From IMG/VR virus record IMGVR_UViG_2840949845_000010, positions 1-64,000 of that record: a DNA stretch of 64,000 nt; one strand, written 5' to 3'. The notes below the pieces were generated by a model that did not search any database, was not told the DNA's origin, and saw nothing but the letters and a program-made list of their open reading frames with translations. This stretch comes from a virus. Lineage: Duplodnaviria > Caudoviricetes. A program made the translations under genes and the position numbers. The first letter of the stretch is position 1. The number at the start of each line of letters is the position of its first letter. Positions 18,886-28,625 of this stretch are shown piece after piece.

Positions 18886-19373
18886 AGCAGCCTCCGTTTG
18901 ATGAAATCCGGGGCGCTTTCAATCAAATTGACCGGTTCGCCCAACTCTTCCTTTACCACCACGTCGCCATGCCTCAAGCAAGCGCACAGGGTGTTACGGA
19001 TGAGGCCCTTAACGGGATCGACCGAGGGGCGTCCCCGCCGGGCGGGTTGCCGCTCGCTCGGGGGGAGGTGGTGGACCACCCGGCCATCCCCCAGATAGAC
19101 CGCCGCGTGGGCCGGGACCTTGGTCATGATGGCGCACACGAACACGTCGCCCGGCTGCATCCCGAAGGGGTCGTAATCCACGATCTTGAACCCCTCCCGT
19201 TCCTGGAACTGGATGTAGAGGTTGAAGCCGTGCTCCCAGAACGCGGTGGGGCGGGCGTAGTTGGTGATGGCGATGCCGAAGTTGTCCCGATAGATGTCCC
19301 GCACCAGCGTCAGGCAATCGGTCTTGCCGAAGACAAACTCACGATCCATCAGATGTTCATACCGCAGGGTCAT
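18870..19373 (-). CDS. NlpC/P60 tail tip protein (gpK C-terminal-like)
   Basis: FVFGKTDCLTLVRDIY, QPGDV, HAAVYLGDGRVVHH. Confidence 0.85.
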   Translation of the reverse strand: MTLRYEHLMDREFVFGKTDCLTLVRDIYRDNFGIAITNYARPTAFWEHGFNLYIQFQEREGFKIVDYDPFGMQPGDVFVCAIMTKVPAHAAVYLGDGRVVHHLPPSERQPARRGRPSVDPVKGLIRNTLCACLRHGDVVVKEELGEPVNLIESAPDFIKRRLLCPSA

Positions 19374-19855
19374 TGCAGGCTCACCATCGGGAAGTCCGGG
19401 AGGATGTACATGCGGGCCGGTATGTTGGCGTTGAACCGGTCGCTGTAGCCGCGCAGCTCGAAGGTCACGCTTCGTTTCGTCAGCGAGGTCGCCCGCGAGA
19501 TGAAGTATTTTTCCTCGTAGGGGGCGCCGGTGTCGCCGTCCAACTCGGTGCGGAGAAGTTGACGACGAACGACTTTGCCGAAGTCGAACAGCTCATCCAA
19601 AACATACTGGCTCAAAACCCCTTCCGGGTTCACCAGCGTCAGCGACGGGCGCGGGGTTTCCTCCTTCGAGGTGCGCCGGGAACCCCCGAACTGAAGGGCA
19701 ACCCCCTCGTAGGTGACGCTGTTGTACGTCACCGTGTCGCTGTTCTTCAGGAAGAACTTCATGCCATCCAGGCAGACGATCTCGAAGAGATCGACCTTTC
19801 CGTCGCCCGTCAGCTTCACGGCGTCCCATTGATGGTCGGTCGGTGGCAGGCTCAT
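19370..19855 (-). CDS. Minor tail protein (gpL-like)
   Basis: VDLFEI, RPSLTLVN, VTFEL...IPAR motifs and position. Confidence 0.65.
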   Translation of the reverse strand: MSLPPTDHQWDAVKLTGDGKVDLFEIVCLDGMKFFLKNSDTVTYNSVTYEGVALQFGGSRRTSKEETPRPSLTLVNPEGVLSQYVLDELFDFGKVVRRQLLRTELDGDTGAPYEEKYFISRATSLTKRSVTFELRGYSDRFNANIPARMYILPDFPMVSLQ

Positions 19856-20262
19856 CGTACCTCCTGGAGAACAACCTCAAAGTTTTCGGTCCAGCCGTAG
19901 CCGTCCACAATGCCGTCGGGTATTTCGAGGGGTTCTTTGAAGCGGCAGTAAATATAGCCGTAGCCGGGTGTGGCGATCTTGAACTTCTTGTGCCGGAGGT
20001 GCCGGGTGTAGAACGCCTCCAACAGCCACATGTTGGTTGCCGGACTCCTCTCCTTGTTGGGAACGAGGTATTCTCCGGCGGCGTCCCAGTCCGAATAGTA
20101 GCAAAGGCTCTCATACTGGAGGGTGAGCTGCTTCAGCGCCGGGGCTTCCGGGGCCGCCACGAACTCCCAGTTCATCCCGAATTGCATGCTCGGGTTCACA
20201 TCGCCGTATTTCACGGAGCATCGGAAGGCGCTCCAGATGTACTCTTCGATATCGGCCATCAC
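19852..20262 (-). CDS. Distal tail protein (gpM-like)
   Basis: Directly after tape measure; LEAFYTRH...CRFKEPL motif. Confidence 0.6.
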   Translation of the reverse strand: MMADIEEYIWSAFRCSVKYGDVNPSMQFGMNWEFVAAPEAPALKQLTLQYESLCYYSDWDAAGEYLVPNKERSPATNMWLLEAFYTRHLRHKKFKIATPGYGYIYCRFKEPLEIPDGIVDGYGWTENFEVVLQEVR

Positions 20263-23200
20263 ATCCTCCCGGCGACAACGGACTTGATGAGCTGCTTGAC
20301 GGAGCCGCCGGTCGCGATGTCGTTGCTGATCGTGGCGACCACATCGCTCGGCCCCATCTGCGGGGCGCGATCCGGCGACACGACGTAGACGTTCGTCTTG
20401 ACCGGGGCCGGTTGGGTGGGCTTCGGCATGGTCGGCATTTGACTTGGCAGAGCCGCCGCGCCGCGTGCGTTCAAGTCGGCCAGGAAATCCTCCCCCACCG
20501 CGTCGGTCGCCGACTTGTTCATGACGAACTCGCCGGGGCGCAGGATCGCGTCCACGCTGTCGCGCCCGACATCCACCCCCGACACGCTGCCGGTGGAGAG
20601 GCGCAGCCGGGTGCCGCTGGCGTTGCGCACCGGGCCGCCCGTGTAGAACAGGGAGCTGACCCAGCTCCCCAGCGAGGAGATGATGCCGCCGGACGCGCCG
20701 CTGGCGGCCCCGCTGGCGCCTGAGTTGCCGGTGGCCGCGTTCCCGAACAGCGCCCCCATGACGGACGCGGCGGCCTGCTGCGACGCCATGTTCAAGAGAG
20801 CCGTGGCGAAGGACCGGGCCATGTCGCGGAAGGCTTCGCCCGCCGTCTTGGCGCCCGACGCGAGATCGGAAATGAACGTCGAAAGGCCGCTCATCCCCTC
20901 GGTGATGGCCGTCTGCCCCAGGGCGATGGTCGCGTCCTGGAAGGTCTTGAACGCGCCCGCCGTCTCCAGCGTCTTTTGGGTGTTGGCCTTCCAGGCTTTC
21001 GTCCAGTTGCCGGACAGGTCGTCGTTCTTCGCCCGAACCTTCTCTTGCTGCTCCTCGACCTGACGAAGGGCGTCCTTGTGCGCAATCGTCAAGGAGGTGA
21101 CTTCGTTCAGGGTGGTTTTGTGCTCGCTGACGGTCTCGTTGTATTCCTTCTGGGCTTCCTTGCGCGCGTTCAGCCCCCTGGTCGCATCCTCGGACGCGGC
21201 CTTCAGCTCCTCCATCTTCCTGATCTCGGCGTCGGAAGCCTCCGTGGCTTTCCGCATCAGTTCGGCGATGTCGTCCGCCCGCCGCTTGTAGAGGCCGACC
21301 ATGGTCTCTTCGAGCTTGTCCTGGTCGTCGCGCTGGTCCATTTCCAGGGCAACGATGTCGGTTTCGTTCGCGAGACCACGCGAGACCATCTCCTTCTTGG
21401 CGTTGATCGTGACCGACCGCATCCGGGTCGGGGTCGCGGCCTCGAAGGTCGATTGCTCCAGCGTCTCCTTGCTCTCCTTGTCCAGCCGCTTCAGGGCGGC
21501 CATGGCGCTCTCGGTCTTCAGCGTGAGCGACTTTTCCATGCCGTCATACAGGCGGCCGAGACCTTCGACGGAGGCGTCGATCTTTTCCTGGATCGCCATC
21601 TTCCGCTCGTTCAGCGCGGCTTCGATCTCCTCCGGGTTGCCGGCCAAATCCTTGTCGCCCTCAAGCTGGGTGCGCAAGGCCGACAGCTCGGCGTCCATCA
21701 GCTCGGCGCCGACCGATTTCACCTGGGCGATCCGGCTCTCGACATCCCCCTGGTTCGGGTCCTCGCCCTTGCGGAAGCGGCCAAGCCGGGTGATCTGGGC
21801 TTCGAGCCGCTTGGCCCGCTCCTGCTTCACCCGCTTTTCGGCCTTGTCCAGGCTGTCGGCGATGTCGTCGCCCATGCCTTCGACCACATGCTCGACCTCG
21901 TTCATGGTCGAACCCATCAGCTTGTCGAAGACCTTCTGCTGATCCCCCGCCAAACCGCCCCGCGCGGACATGAGCGCGGACTTCGCCGCCTCCAGCTTGG
22001 GCTGGTTCTCCTTCAGGACCTTGTCCTTTTCGCGGGCCGAACCGGCGGCATCGATCTGTCGCTTCACGCTGTCGGTGAGCGATTTGTACTCGCGAACCTG
22101 CTGCTCCAGCGCGGGGCCAACCGTCTCCATGAACTTGGCGGCGGGAAGCTGGTTGTCCTTGATGTCCTTCTGCTTCTGTTCATCGGCACGGATGTTGACC
22201 AGTCCGGTGCTCAACTTCTCCAGGGTGTCCTTCAGCTTCTCAAGCCCGGAGGTGTCCTGGCCCGAGCGCCGGGTCTCGATGATCCGGCGCTCGATGTCCC
22301 CAATGCTGCGGTTGACGTCGTTGACGTTGGCGTTCGGGCCTTGCTGAAGGTGGCTGGTGATCTGCTTCCCGAGGTCGGTCTTCAGCGCCGACGTGTTCAG
22401 GCCGGTGATGCTGTCGGGCCGGAGCTGGGCCAGGGTCGCCTTGTCATTGAACAAGGCCGCCATGTCCGCCTTGAACCGTTGAACGGGGTTCGTGACGATG
22501 TCCATGACACCCTCGTAGGTGTCGTTGACGAAGTTCCCCGTCCGGGCCTTCTTCGGGACGGCTGTCCGCTCCACGGTCAGGGCGTCGCTCTCGCCGATCC
22601 CCGCCAACAGCGGGCCGATCTGGTTCAGGTCTCCAAAGCTTTGAAGTTGGAGCTGGGTGGTCCTGACCTTGTTGCCCAGGGCGTCGAGTTGGGCTTCAAG
22701 GTTGCCGGTGAAATCCTCGGCCAGCTTGCCTTGCAGGTTCTGCAAGGCCCGCATCATGTTGTCGAAAGTCGGCTCCAACCCGTCCATGGTGAAACCGAGC
22801 TTCCCGAATTTCTGTTCGGCTTCCAGGACGGCCACGCTCAATTCGTCCTGGTGCGACTTCAGGCGCTCCGACCGATCCTGGTAGATGTCCATCTGCTTGG
22901 AGACGGACTGCATGGCTTCCTGTTGCTGCTGCACCCGACCGTTCAGCTCATCGACCCTCGCCTTCGCTTGGTCGATGGCCGAGGCGTAGCGATCCGCCTC
23001 TCGGGCGCCGGAGATGAAGCTCTCGGCGATCAGGAAGATCGCGGCGGGCACGATGAAACGGGACAGGACCGCGACCAAGCCGGTCATGGCGGTGCTGAAG
23101 GCCGCCGTGGCTCCCTGGGCCGTCAGCAGCCCGCCGCGCAAGCTGGCGAGGCTGGCGGTGAACGCCGCCGAGACGCCACCGGCCGTCTTCACGGCGGTCG

Positions 23201-25391
23201 CCATGGAGACCGCCGTCGCCGCCGTGGCGGTCATGGCGGCGCCCACACCGCCGATCAGGGCGCGCACCGGGGTCAGGTTCTTGATGAGGTTCAGCGCCGC
23301 CATCGCCATGGCGGTGAAGGCGGCGGCGATGCCGGCGTCCCCGATGGTCCCGATGGCGGACATCCTGGACATGGCCGAAACGACCTCCGAGATGCCGGCC
23401 ACGAGGTCGCGCAGCGCCAGGAGCGCCCCCCGCCCGATCTGATCGGCGAAGGTCCCGAACACCGACGTGAACTGCTTCCAGGTGTTCTCGAAGGATTTCA
23501 TCTGGATGTCGTTCGCCTCGACCGCCGCGTTCGACAGGAGGATTTGCCGCTGCATCTCGGCCATGCCGTCCGTGAACTTCGCCGCCGCCGAGTAGGCCGC
23601 CGCCGACCGCACCTCCAAGGTCTGGATCGCGTCGGCCGTCGTGAAACCGGCGTCCTTCAGGGTCTGGAGCACCCCGATCAACCCCTTCGAGCGCACGTCC
23701 ACGTCGGCCATGGTCAGGCCAACCTTCGCCAGCCCCGAAATCAGCTTCTCGGTCGGGTTCTGAAGGTCGATCATCAACTGCCGGATGCCGGTGCCCAGCG
23801 TCGAACCGTTCTTGATGCCGGCGTTCGACATCGCCCCCATCACCGTGACCAACTCCGTGAAGCTCACGTTGTTGTCCGCCGCGATGTTGCCGGCGTACTG
23901 GATGCCGGTCGCCAGCTTCTCCATGGTCAGCTTCGAGAGGTTCAGGGCCGAGGTGACTTGGTTCGCCACCTGTCCCATCTCCTCGGCGCGAACGTTGAAC
24001 ACGCCTACGATGGAGGTCGCCACGTCCACGGACTGGGCAAGGTCGGACCCGGTGGCGGTCGCCAGCAGGGTGACGCCCTTGATGGCGCCCTGGATTTGGT
24101 CGGTCGAGAACCCAGCCTGCGACATGGTGGTGGCGGCCTTCGTCACCTCCACCGCCGTGAACTTGGTGTCCTCGGACACGCCGATCAGCGTCTGCCGCAG
24201 ACCCTGCATGGCGGTGTCCGTGGTGTTGCTGATCGCCTGGAGGTTCCGCATCTCGGCGTCCAGTTCCTTGACGAACTGGGCGCCGAAGCTGAAGGACGAC
24301 AGGGCGGCGTTGATGGCCTGATAGTTCACCAGCAGGCGGGCCTGCATCTCCAGCAGCTTGGCCCCGCCGCCCGAGTTGACGCGGGCGAACGTCATGTCCC
24401 AGGAGGCGTCGGCCTTTTCCTGGGTCGATTTGACCGGCGTTGCCGAAGCCGACTTCCGGCGCGACAGCTCGGCCGTGATCTGGGCTTCCAGGGTCGCGGT
24501 GCGTTCCAGCTCCCGGTTCTTCTGGGCGATGGCCGAGGCGCTGGACTGCTGGGCCTTCAGGCTCTCCAACTCGCCGCGCGTGGTCTCGCGCACGCGGGCC
24601 GCCGCCTTTTCGGCCAGCTTCAGTTGCTGATCCGACAGGTCGCCGATCCCGCCCCGCTTGACCGTGGAGAGGGCGTCCCCCTCATAGGCGCGGGCGCCGA
24701 GGGTCTGCTTCTTCCGGTCGGACTGCATCACGACCGAGGCAAGCTCGGCGCCGAGGTCGCGAACCTGCTTGCGCGCGTCGGCAACGGTTGCCGTGATCGG
24801 GTCGGCGACCTGCTTCAGTTTGGTCTGGGCCTGGGACAGCGCGCCGCCCAGATTTTCCAGGACGGAGCTGCCCTCCCGCTTCCGACCGAGATTGTCGTAG
24901 AAGCTGTTGTAGAGGGAGGTCAGGTCGCCGATCTGCCGCTTCAGGCCAGCGGTCGAGTTCGCCGCCTTGAACTTCCCACCCAGCACGTCGTTCAGCAGGC
25001 CGTCCTGGTTGAGAGACCGGGCGCCCTGGTTCAGCGTGTTCTGGAAGCGGTTCAGCGACGCCTTGGCTTCGAGGCTGGCGGTGTCGCCGAACTTCCGCAG
25101 CTCGACCTTCGCCTTGTCGGTCATGCCCTTGATGACGCCCTCGAACGCCGCGTTCGAGCGCGAGGCGTTGACATCGCCTACTTTCAGCAGAGAAAATTCA
25201 GTCTTTAGGGCATTGAGAGTGGATTTTACGTCCTTTATCTTAAGGTCTTGTCCGCCAATTGCTTTCAAGGCGGCGTCAAATCGGATGGCCCCCAGGGCGA
25301 CACGACGCAGCAGGCTCTCAAGATTTTTGAGAGATTGTTCGGCCGATGTCGTGTTTACGGAGGCGGAAAACTCGTAGTCCGATGTCGCCAT
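20259..25391 (-). CDS. Tail tape measure protein (TP901 family)
   Basis: ~1710 aa Ala-rich helical protein; TKFTAVEVTKA...LATATGSDL...GTGIRQLM core; C-terminal DSVDAILRPGEFVM. Confidence 0.93.
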   Translation of the reverse strand: MATSDYEFSASVNTTSAEQSLKNLESLLRRVALGAIRFDAALKAIGGQDLKIKDVKSTLNALKTEFSLLKVGDVNASRSNAAFEGVIKGMTDKAKVELRKFGDTASLEAKASLNRFQNTLNQGARSLNQDGLLNDVLGGKFKAANSTAGLKRQIGDLTSLYNSFYDNLGRKREGSSVLENLGGALSQAQTKLKQVADPITATVADARKQVRDLGAELASVVMQSDRKKQTLGARAYEGDALSTVKRGGIGDLSDQQLKLAEKAAARVRETTRGELESLKAQQSSASAIAQKNRELERTATLEAQITAELSRRKSASATPVKSTQEKADASWDMTFARVNSGGGAKLLEMQARLLVNYQAINAALSSFSFGAQFVKELDAEMRNLQAISNTTDTAMQGLRQTLIGVSEDTKFTAVEVTKAATTMSQAGFSTDQIQGAIKGVTLLATATGSDLAQSVDVATSIVGVFNVRAEEMGQVANQVTSALNLSKLTMEKLATGIQYAGNIAADNNVSFTELVTVMGAMSNAGIKNGSTLGTGIRQLMIDLQNPTEKLISGLAKVGLTMADVDVRSKGLIGVLQTLKDAGFTTADAIQTLEVRSAAAYSAAAKFTDGMAEMQRQILLSNAAVEANDIQMKSFENTWKQFTSVFGTFADQIGRGALLALRDLVAGISEVVSAMSRMSAIGTIGDAGIAAAFTAMAMAALNLIKNLTPVRALIGGVGAAMTATAATAVSMATAVKTAGGVSAAFTASLASLRGGLLTAQGATAAFSTAMTGLVAVLSRFIVPAAIFLIAESFISGAREADRYASAIDQAKARVDELNGRVQQQQEAMQSVSKQMDIYQDRSERLKSHQDELSVAVLEAEQKFGKLGFTMDGLEPTFDNMMRALQNLQGKLAEDFTGNLEAQLDALGNKVRTTQLQLQSFGDLNQIGPLLAGIGESDALTVERTAVPKKARTGNFVNDTYEGVMDIVTNPVQRFKADMAALFNDKATLAQLRPDSITGLNTSALKTDLGKQITSHLQQGPNANVNDVNRSIGDIERRIIETRRSGQDTSGLEKLKDTLEKLSTGLVNIRADEQKQKDIKDNQLPAAKFMETVGPALEQQVREYKSLTDSVKRQIDAAGSAREKDKVLKENQPKLEAAKSALMSARGGLAGDQQKVFDKLMGSTMNEVEHVVEGMGDDIADSLDKAEKRVKQERAKRLEAQITRLGRFRKGEDPNQGDVESRIAQVKSVGAELMDAELSALRTQLEGDKDLAGNPEEIEAALNERKMAIQEKIDASVEGLGRLYDGMEKSLTLKTESAMAALKRLDKESKETLEQSTFEAATPTRMRSVTINAKKEMVSRGLANETDIVALEMDQRDDQDKLEETMVGLYKRRADDIAELMRKATEASDAEIRKMEELKAASEDATRGLNARKEAQKEYNETVSEHKTTLNEVTSLTIAHKDALRQVEEQQEKVRAKNDDLSGNWTKAWKANTQKTLETAGAFKTFQDATIALGQTAITEGMSGLSTFISDLASGAKTAGEAFRDMARSFATALLNMASQQAAASVMGALFGNAATGNSGASGAASGASGGIISSLGSWVSSLFYTGGPVRNASGTRLRLSTGSVSGVDVGRDSVDAILRPGEFVMNKSATDAVGEDFLADLNARGAAALPSQMPTMPKPTQPAPVKTNVYVVSPDRAPQMGPSDVVATISNDIATGGSVKQLIKSVVAGRM

Positions 25392-25393
25392 GT

Positions 25394-25777
25394 TCATCCA
25401 CCCTTTGAAGCCCGCATGAGAGCGGACCAAGCCATCTGCGCTTCGCGGGCGTTCTTCACGGGGCGGGCGGCGGCGCCTCCATTCGGGCCGGACTTGCCGC
25501 CGAATATCTTCGAGGCGACGAAGATCAGGGAGACGACGCCCTGGTTCGATTTTGCCTGTTCGTTCCCAAGTTTGAGGCGGACTTGGGTGCGCAAATCATC
25601 CCAGGAGATGGACCAATAGAGTTCGCGGAGGCGGCTTGGCAGCGTGTCGAACGCCCAGCAGATCGCCTCGTCGAACGTCAGGCTGCGGTACCATTCGGTG
25701 AGGAGGTCAGGGACTTCACCCGTTCCATGTTCGCGACGAAGACCGACTTCACGGCTTCGCCGGATTGAATGAAAAAA
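25394..25777 (-). CDS. Tail assembly chaperone gpT-like segment (expressed by -1 frameshift)
   Basis: Open -1 frame overlapping the end of the gpG-like gene with no convincing start of its own, immediately before tape measure. Confidence 0.6.
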   Translation of the reverse strand, partial: FFHSIRRSREVGLRREHGTGEVPDLLTEWYRSLTFDEAICWAFDTLPSRLRELYWSISWDDLRTQVRLKLGNEQAKSNQGVVSLIFVASKIFGGKSGPNGGAAARPVKNAREAQMAWSALMRASKGG

Positions 25778-26067
25778 TCGACCACCCATTCCCCGACCCA
25801 GGCGAGGATCTTCGGAACGTCCTGGGGGTCCATGTCGATCTCCGACAGGTCGGCCTCGGTCACGATTTTTCCGGCCTTCGTGCGCTCGGAGAGGACCGCC
25901 TTCAGGATGACGGTGCGCAGCTCGTGATTGATCGGCAGTTCGGTCAGCCGGTCCACATCGCCAAGGAGGGAGGCCAGTTCGTTCAGCAGGCCGAACGACA
26001 TGAAGAGGTCACGGCTCTTGCCGTTGATCTCAAGGGTCAGGGTGCGGTTGAGGCTGTTGGTCATCAT
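25678..26067 (-). CDS. Tail assembly chaperone (gpG-like)
   Basis: Between tail tube and tape measure; LFMSFGLLNELA. Confidence 0.7.
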   Translation of the reverse strand: MMTNSLNRTLTLEINGKSRDLFMSFGLLNELASLLGDVDRLTELPINHELRTVILKAVLSERTKAGKIVTEADLSEIDMDPQDVPKILAWVGEWVVDFFIQSGEAVKSVFVANMERVKSLTSSPNGTAA

Positions 26068-26120
26068 GTCCTCGCGGGGGATGGGGACCCCACCGGCTCA
26101 AACCGGAGGGGTCATCTCGG

Positions 26121-26837
26121 TCAGTTGCCGGTCAGCATCATCGCCACGCCCACATCCTTGAAGATGGTGTGGTGGGCGTCGCCGGGAACCGTGTCGAACG
26201 GCGTGAACTCATAGGGCATGTTCGAGTAGTTGTCGGTCGTGAAGGCCAGCGTGAAGCCCTTCTGAATGCGCATCTTCGGGATGATGATCGTGACCGGCTC
26301 GTTGCCCTCGGGCAGGATGCCGACGATCTTGGCGCCGAGGAACGGCTGCTCATCCTTCTTGCCGACCGGGACCATGTTCATCTTGCGAATGCGGGCGGCG
26401 GCGGTGAAGCCCATGCTGTCGGGGATGTCCGCGTTCTGCTGCCCGGCGAACACGAGGTCGCGGCCCTCGGTGTTTTCCTGGCAGACGTACCAGCCGGTGG
26501 CGGTCGGGAAAATGGTCGGCACCGTGCCGGTGGTCGAGGCCGCCGTGGTGTCCAGGCCGGTGCCGTCGAGACCCAGGCCGTACATCAGGTTCTTCGAGGT
26601 GAACTCGAAAACCTCCATCGTCGCCTTGATCGGGAAGGAGGTCATCACCGAATAGACGATGGTGTTGCGGACACCATGCGTCAGGTCGAGGTAGGAGGGA
26701 TCGCCGCTGAGGGTGAAGTTCTTCACCAGCCCAATGGAATGTTCTTCGGGGGTCAGCTCGAACACATCCGCACGCGGGCCGATCATCACGGTCGCCGTGC
26801 CGAGCACGAAGCTGGTGGATTTCGCCTCACCGGCCAT
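26121..26837 (-). CDS. Major tail tube protein
   Basis: Position, size, strong GGAG RBS, beta-rich with FTLAFTTDNYSNMPYEF C-terminus. Confidence 0.75.
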   Translation of the reverse strand: MAGEAKSTSFVLGTATVMIGPRADVFELTPEEHSIGLVKNFTLSGDPSYLDLTHGVRNTIVYSVMTSFPIKATMEVFEFTSKNLMYGLGLDGTGLDTTAASTTGTVPTIFPTATGWYVCQENTEGRDLVFAGQQNADIPDSMGFTAAARIRKMNMVPVGKKDEQPFLGAKIVGILPEGNEPVTIIIPKMRIQKGFTLAFTTDNYSNMPYEFTPFDTVPGDAHHTIFKDVGVAMMLTGN

Positions 26838-26907
26838 GGGTCACTCCTGTGGAAAGCAGTGCTCCAATGGATGACCAACGGGGGAATCTGGCGCTACAGC
26901 ATAGCGA

Positions 26908-26925
26908 TTAGCAACGCGACGCTAA
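26908..26925. promoter_or_regulatory. TTAGC-N8-GCTAA palindromic site upstream of tail tube gene
   Basis: Same motif and flanking TGGCGC(T)ACAGC recur upstream of terL at 35819-35836. Confidence 0.55.
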
Positions 26926-26932
26926 TGCAGGA

Positions 26933-27382
26933 TCAGAGCTGGTAGGTCAGGCTGGTCACGAAGCTGGCGACGATGAACTGAAGCGGTCGGCTTTCGGTGC
27001 GCTCCATGCCGCGCACCGTCGTCCCATTGGTGACTTTCATCCAGCCGAGTTTGTCGCCCGTGTCCGCATGGAAGACAGGGTGGGTCGCCATCGGCTTCAG
27101 CTTATCGACCAGACGATCCATGATCGTGATGTGCCGGAGGAGTTGCCGGTCCTGGTAGGGCGAGACGCCGAAGGCGCAGGTCATGTCGATCAGATGGTCG
27201 TCGAACGTGATGGAAAACTGGGCCATGCCGATCAGGTCCACGTTGGGCCATTCGGCGATCTCGGCCATGTCGTCCATGTTCATGAACTGGGCGTCGGCGA
27301 TGCCCGCGTCCTTCACCTCCTGGATCGTGTCGGTCACGACGCGGACGGTGGATTTGAAAAGGTGCAGGAAATGGGATGACAT
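26933..27382 (-). CDS. Putative tail terminator
   Basis: Position immediately upstream of tail tube; ~149 aa. Confidence 0.55.
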   Translation of the reverse strand: MSSHFLHLFKSTVRVVTDTIQEVKDAGIADAQFMNMDDMAEIAEWPNVDLIGMAQFSITFDDHLIDMTCAFGVSPYQDRQLLRHITIMDRLVDKLKPMATHPVFHADTGDKLGWMKVTNGTTVRGMERTESRPLQFIVASFVTSLTYQL

Positions 27383-27390
27383 GACGGTTC

Positions 27391-28080
27391 CTATTCGATG
27401 GCCCCACCGATGGTGCGGCCCAGCGTGTTGGCCTCACGCGAGGAGTTGGAACGACCCAGCGTGCGCAGGATCACCTTCTGGAGGCGCAGGTTCCACGTCA
27501 CCAGGAAGGGCTGGAGCAAGGGCCGCTTGATGATGGGCTTGCCCTTGCCGCCGGCTGGCCGCGCGTAGAACTTCTTCCCGACTCCGCTGGCGGCGAATTT
27601 CGGGTGCTTCTCCAGCCCGGCGAACTGGGGGTACCGGCGGCTGAGAGCGGGGAAAAGACGGATGGTCCAGGTGTATTTGGCGTCGTTCTTCAGGCGCTTG
27701 CCCCGGTAATAGTCCGGGGTTCCGAACAGGTCGAAGGGCGACATCGCCATCAACTGTTCGGCAAGGCTGCCGGTGTTCATGAAGAACCGATCCCGGTGGG
27801 CCGGGTTCTTCTCTTTGCGCCAGCCATCGGACAGAGTCTCCCAGGGGACGCGCCCACCCTTCACGGGACCAAGGGCCGCCCCGAAATCCACATTGGCTGG
27901 CGTGTTCAGCGTGCCGATGGTCTGGGTCGCCAGGATGGTGAAGAATTTGGACTGCTCGCGCCGGACGTTGCGGACCACCGTCTGGATGCGGCGCTCCATC
28001 TCCTGGTCGGTGCGCTCCTCGAACGCGACCCGGACGTTGCGAAGGATGAGGTCGGGGTCGAACCTCTTCCCCGCCATCAC
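27391..28080 (-). CDS. Putative neck / tail completion protein
   Basis: Basic protein with FMNTGSL and KRPLLQP motifs in the head-tail region. Confidence 0.5.
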   Translation of the reverse strand: MMAGKRFDPDLILRNVRVAFEERTDQEMERRIQTVVRNVRREQSKFFTILATQTIGTLNTPANVDFGAALGPVKGGRVPWETLSDGWRKEKNPAHRDRFFMNTGSLAEQLMAMSPFDLFGTPDYYRGKRLKNDAKYTWTIRLFPALSRRYPQFAGLEKHPKFAASGVGKKFYARPAGGKGKPIIKRPLLQPFLVTWNLRLQKVILRTLGRSNSSREANTLGRTIGGAIE

Positions 28081-28625
28081 TGGGCATCCGCGACGATGAC
28101 CCCGGCCACCTTCTCGACGCGGACGATCAGGTAGTCCCCAACCTTGTCGTCAATCTGGAGCGGGGCGTTGGTGTAGAGCTTGAACTTCTCGTAGCTGCTG
28201 GCGACTTTCGAGGACCGCTCCAGCCGCTCGTCGCGGGGATCGACGTTGCACCAGATCAGCCCCAGGTCGGCGACGGCGTCGTCGATCTCGACCTTCATCA
28301 CCGGGTCGATCTTCGCGGTGCGCCGCGTCCATTGAAGATAATGGTCCAGTTCGATGCAGCGGAAGGTCCGCTTCACCACCTCCTGCCGATAGACGCCCGC
28401 CGGTCCTTCCGCCAGCAGATAGCGCGTGCCGGGGAGATCGAGGAGGATGTCGCCCGGACGCAGGATCGTGTTGGCCGGCGTGCGGAAGAGGCGCTTCTGG
28501 GGGACGACCTGGGTTGGGTTGCTCTCCGGCACGGCGACGAAGCGGCCCGTCACCCGTCGCCCCCGGCTGTCCCGGTAGGTCGTGTCGTAACGCGCGCCCA
28601 GGCGGGACATCTCGGGCATGGTCAA
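28077..28625 (-). CDS. Putative head closure protein
   Basis: Position and translational coupling in the head-tail region. Confidence 0.45.
   Translation of the reverse strand: MTMPEMSRLGARYDTTYRDSRGRRVTGRFVAVPESNPTQVVPQKRLFRTPANTILRPGDILLDLPGTRYLLAEGPAGVYRQEVVKRTFRCIELDHYLQWTRRTAKIDPVMKVEIDDAVADLGLIWCNVDPRDERLERSSKVASSYEKFKLYTNAPLQIDDKVGDYLIVRVEKVAGVIVADAQ

Noticed and set aside
20976-25208. 1410-aa plus-strand ORF and other long antisense ORFs (15555-18080, 29629-32529, 34066-35922, 36231-38507, 1538-3010)
   Set aside because: Shadow frames opposite well-supported high-GC genes; codon bias suppresses antisense stops and the translations have no motifs
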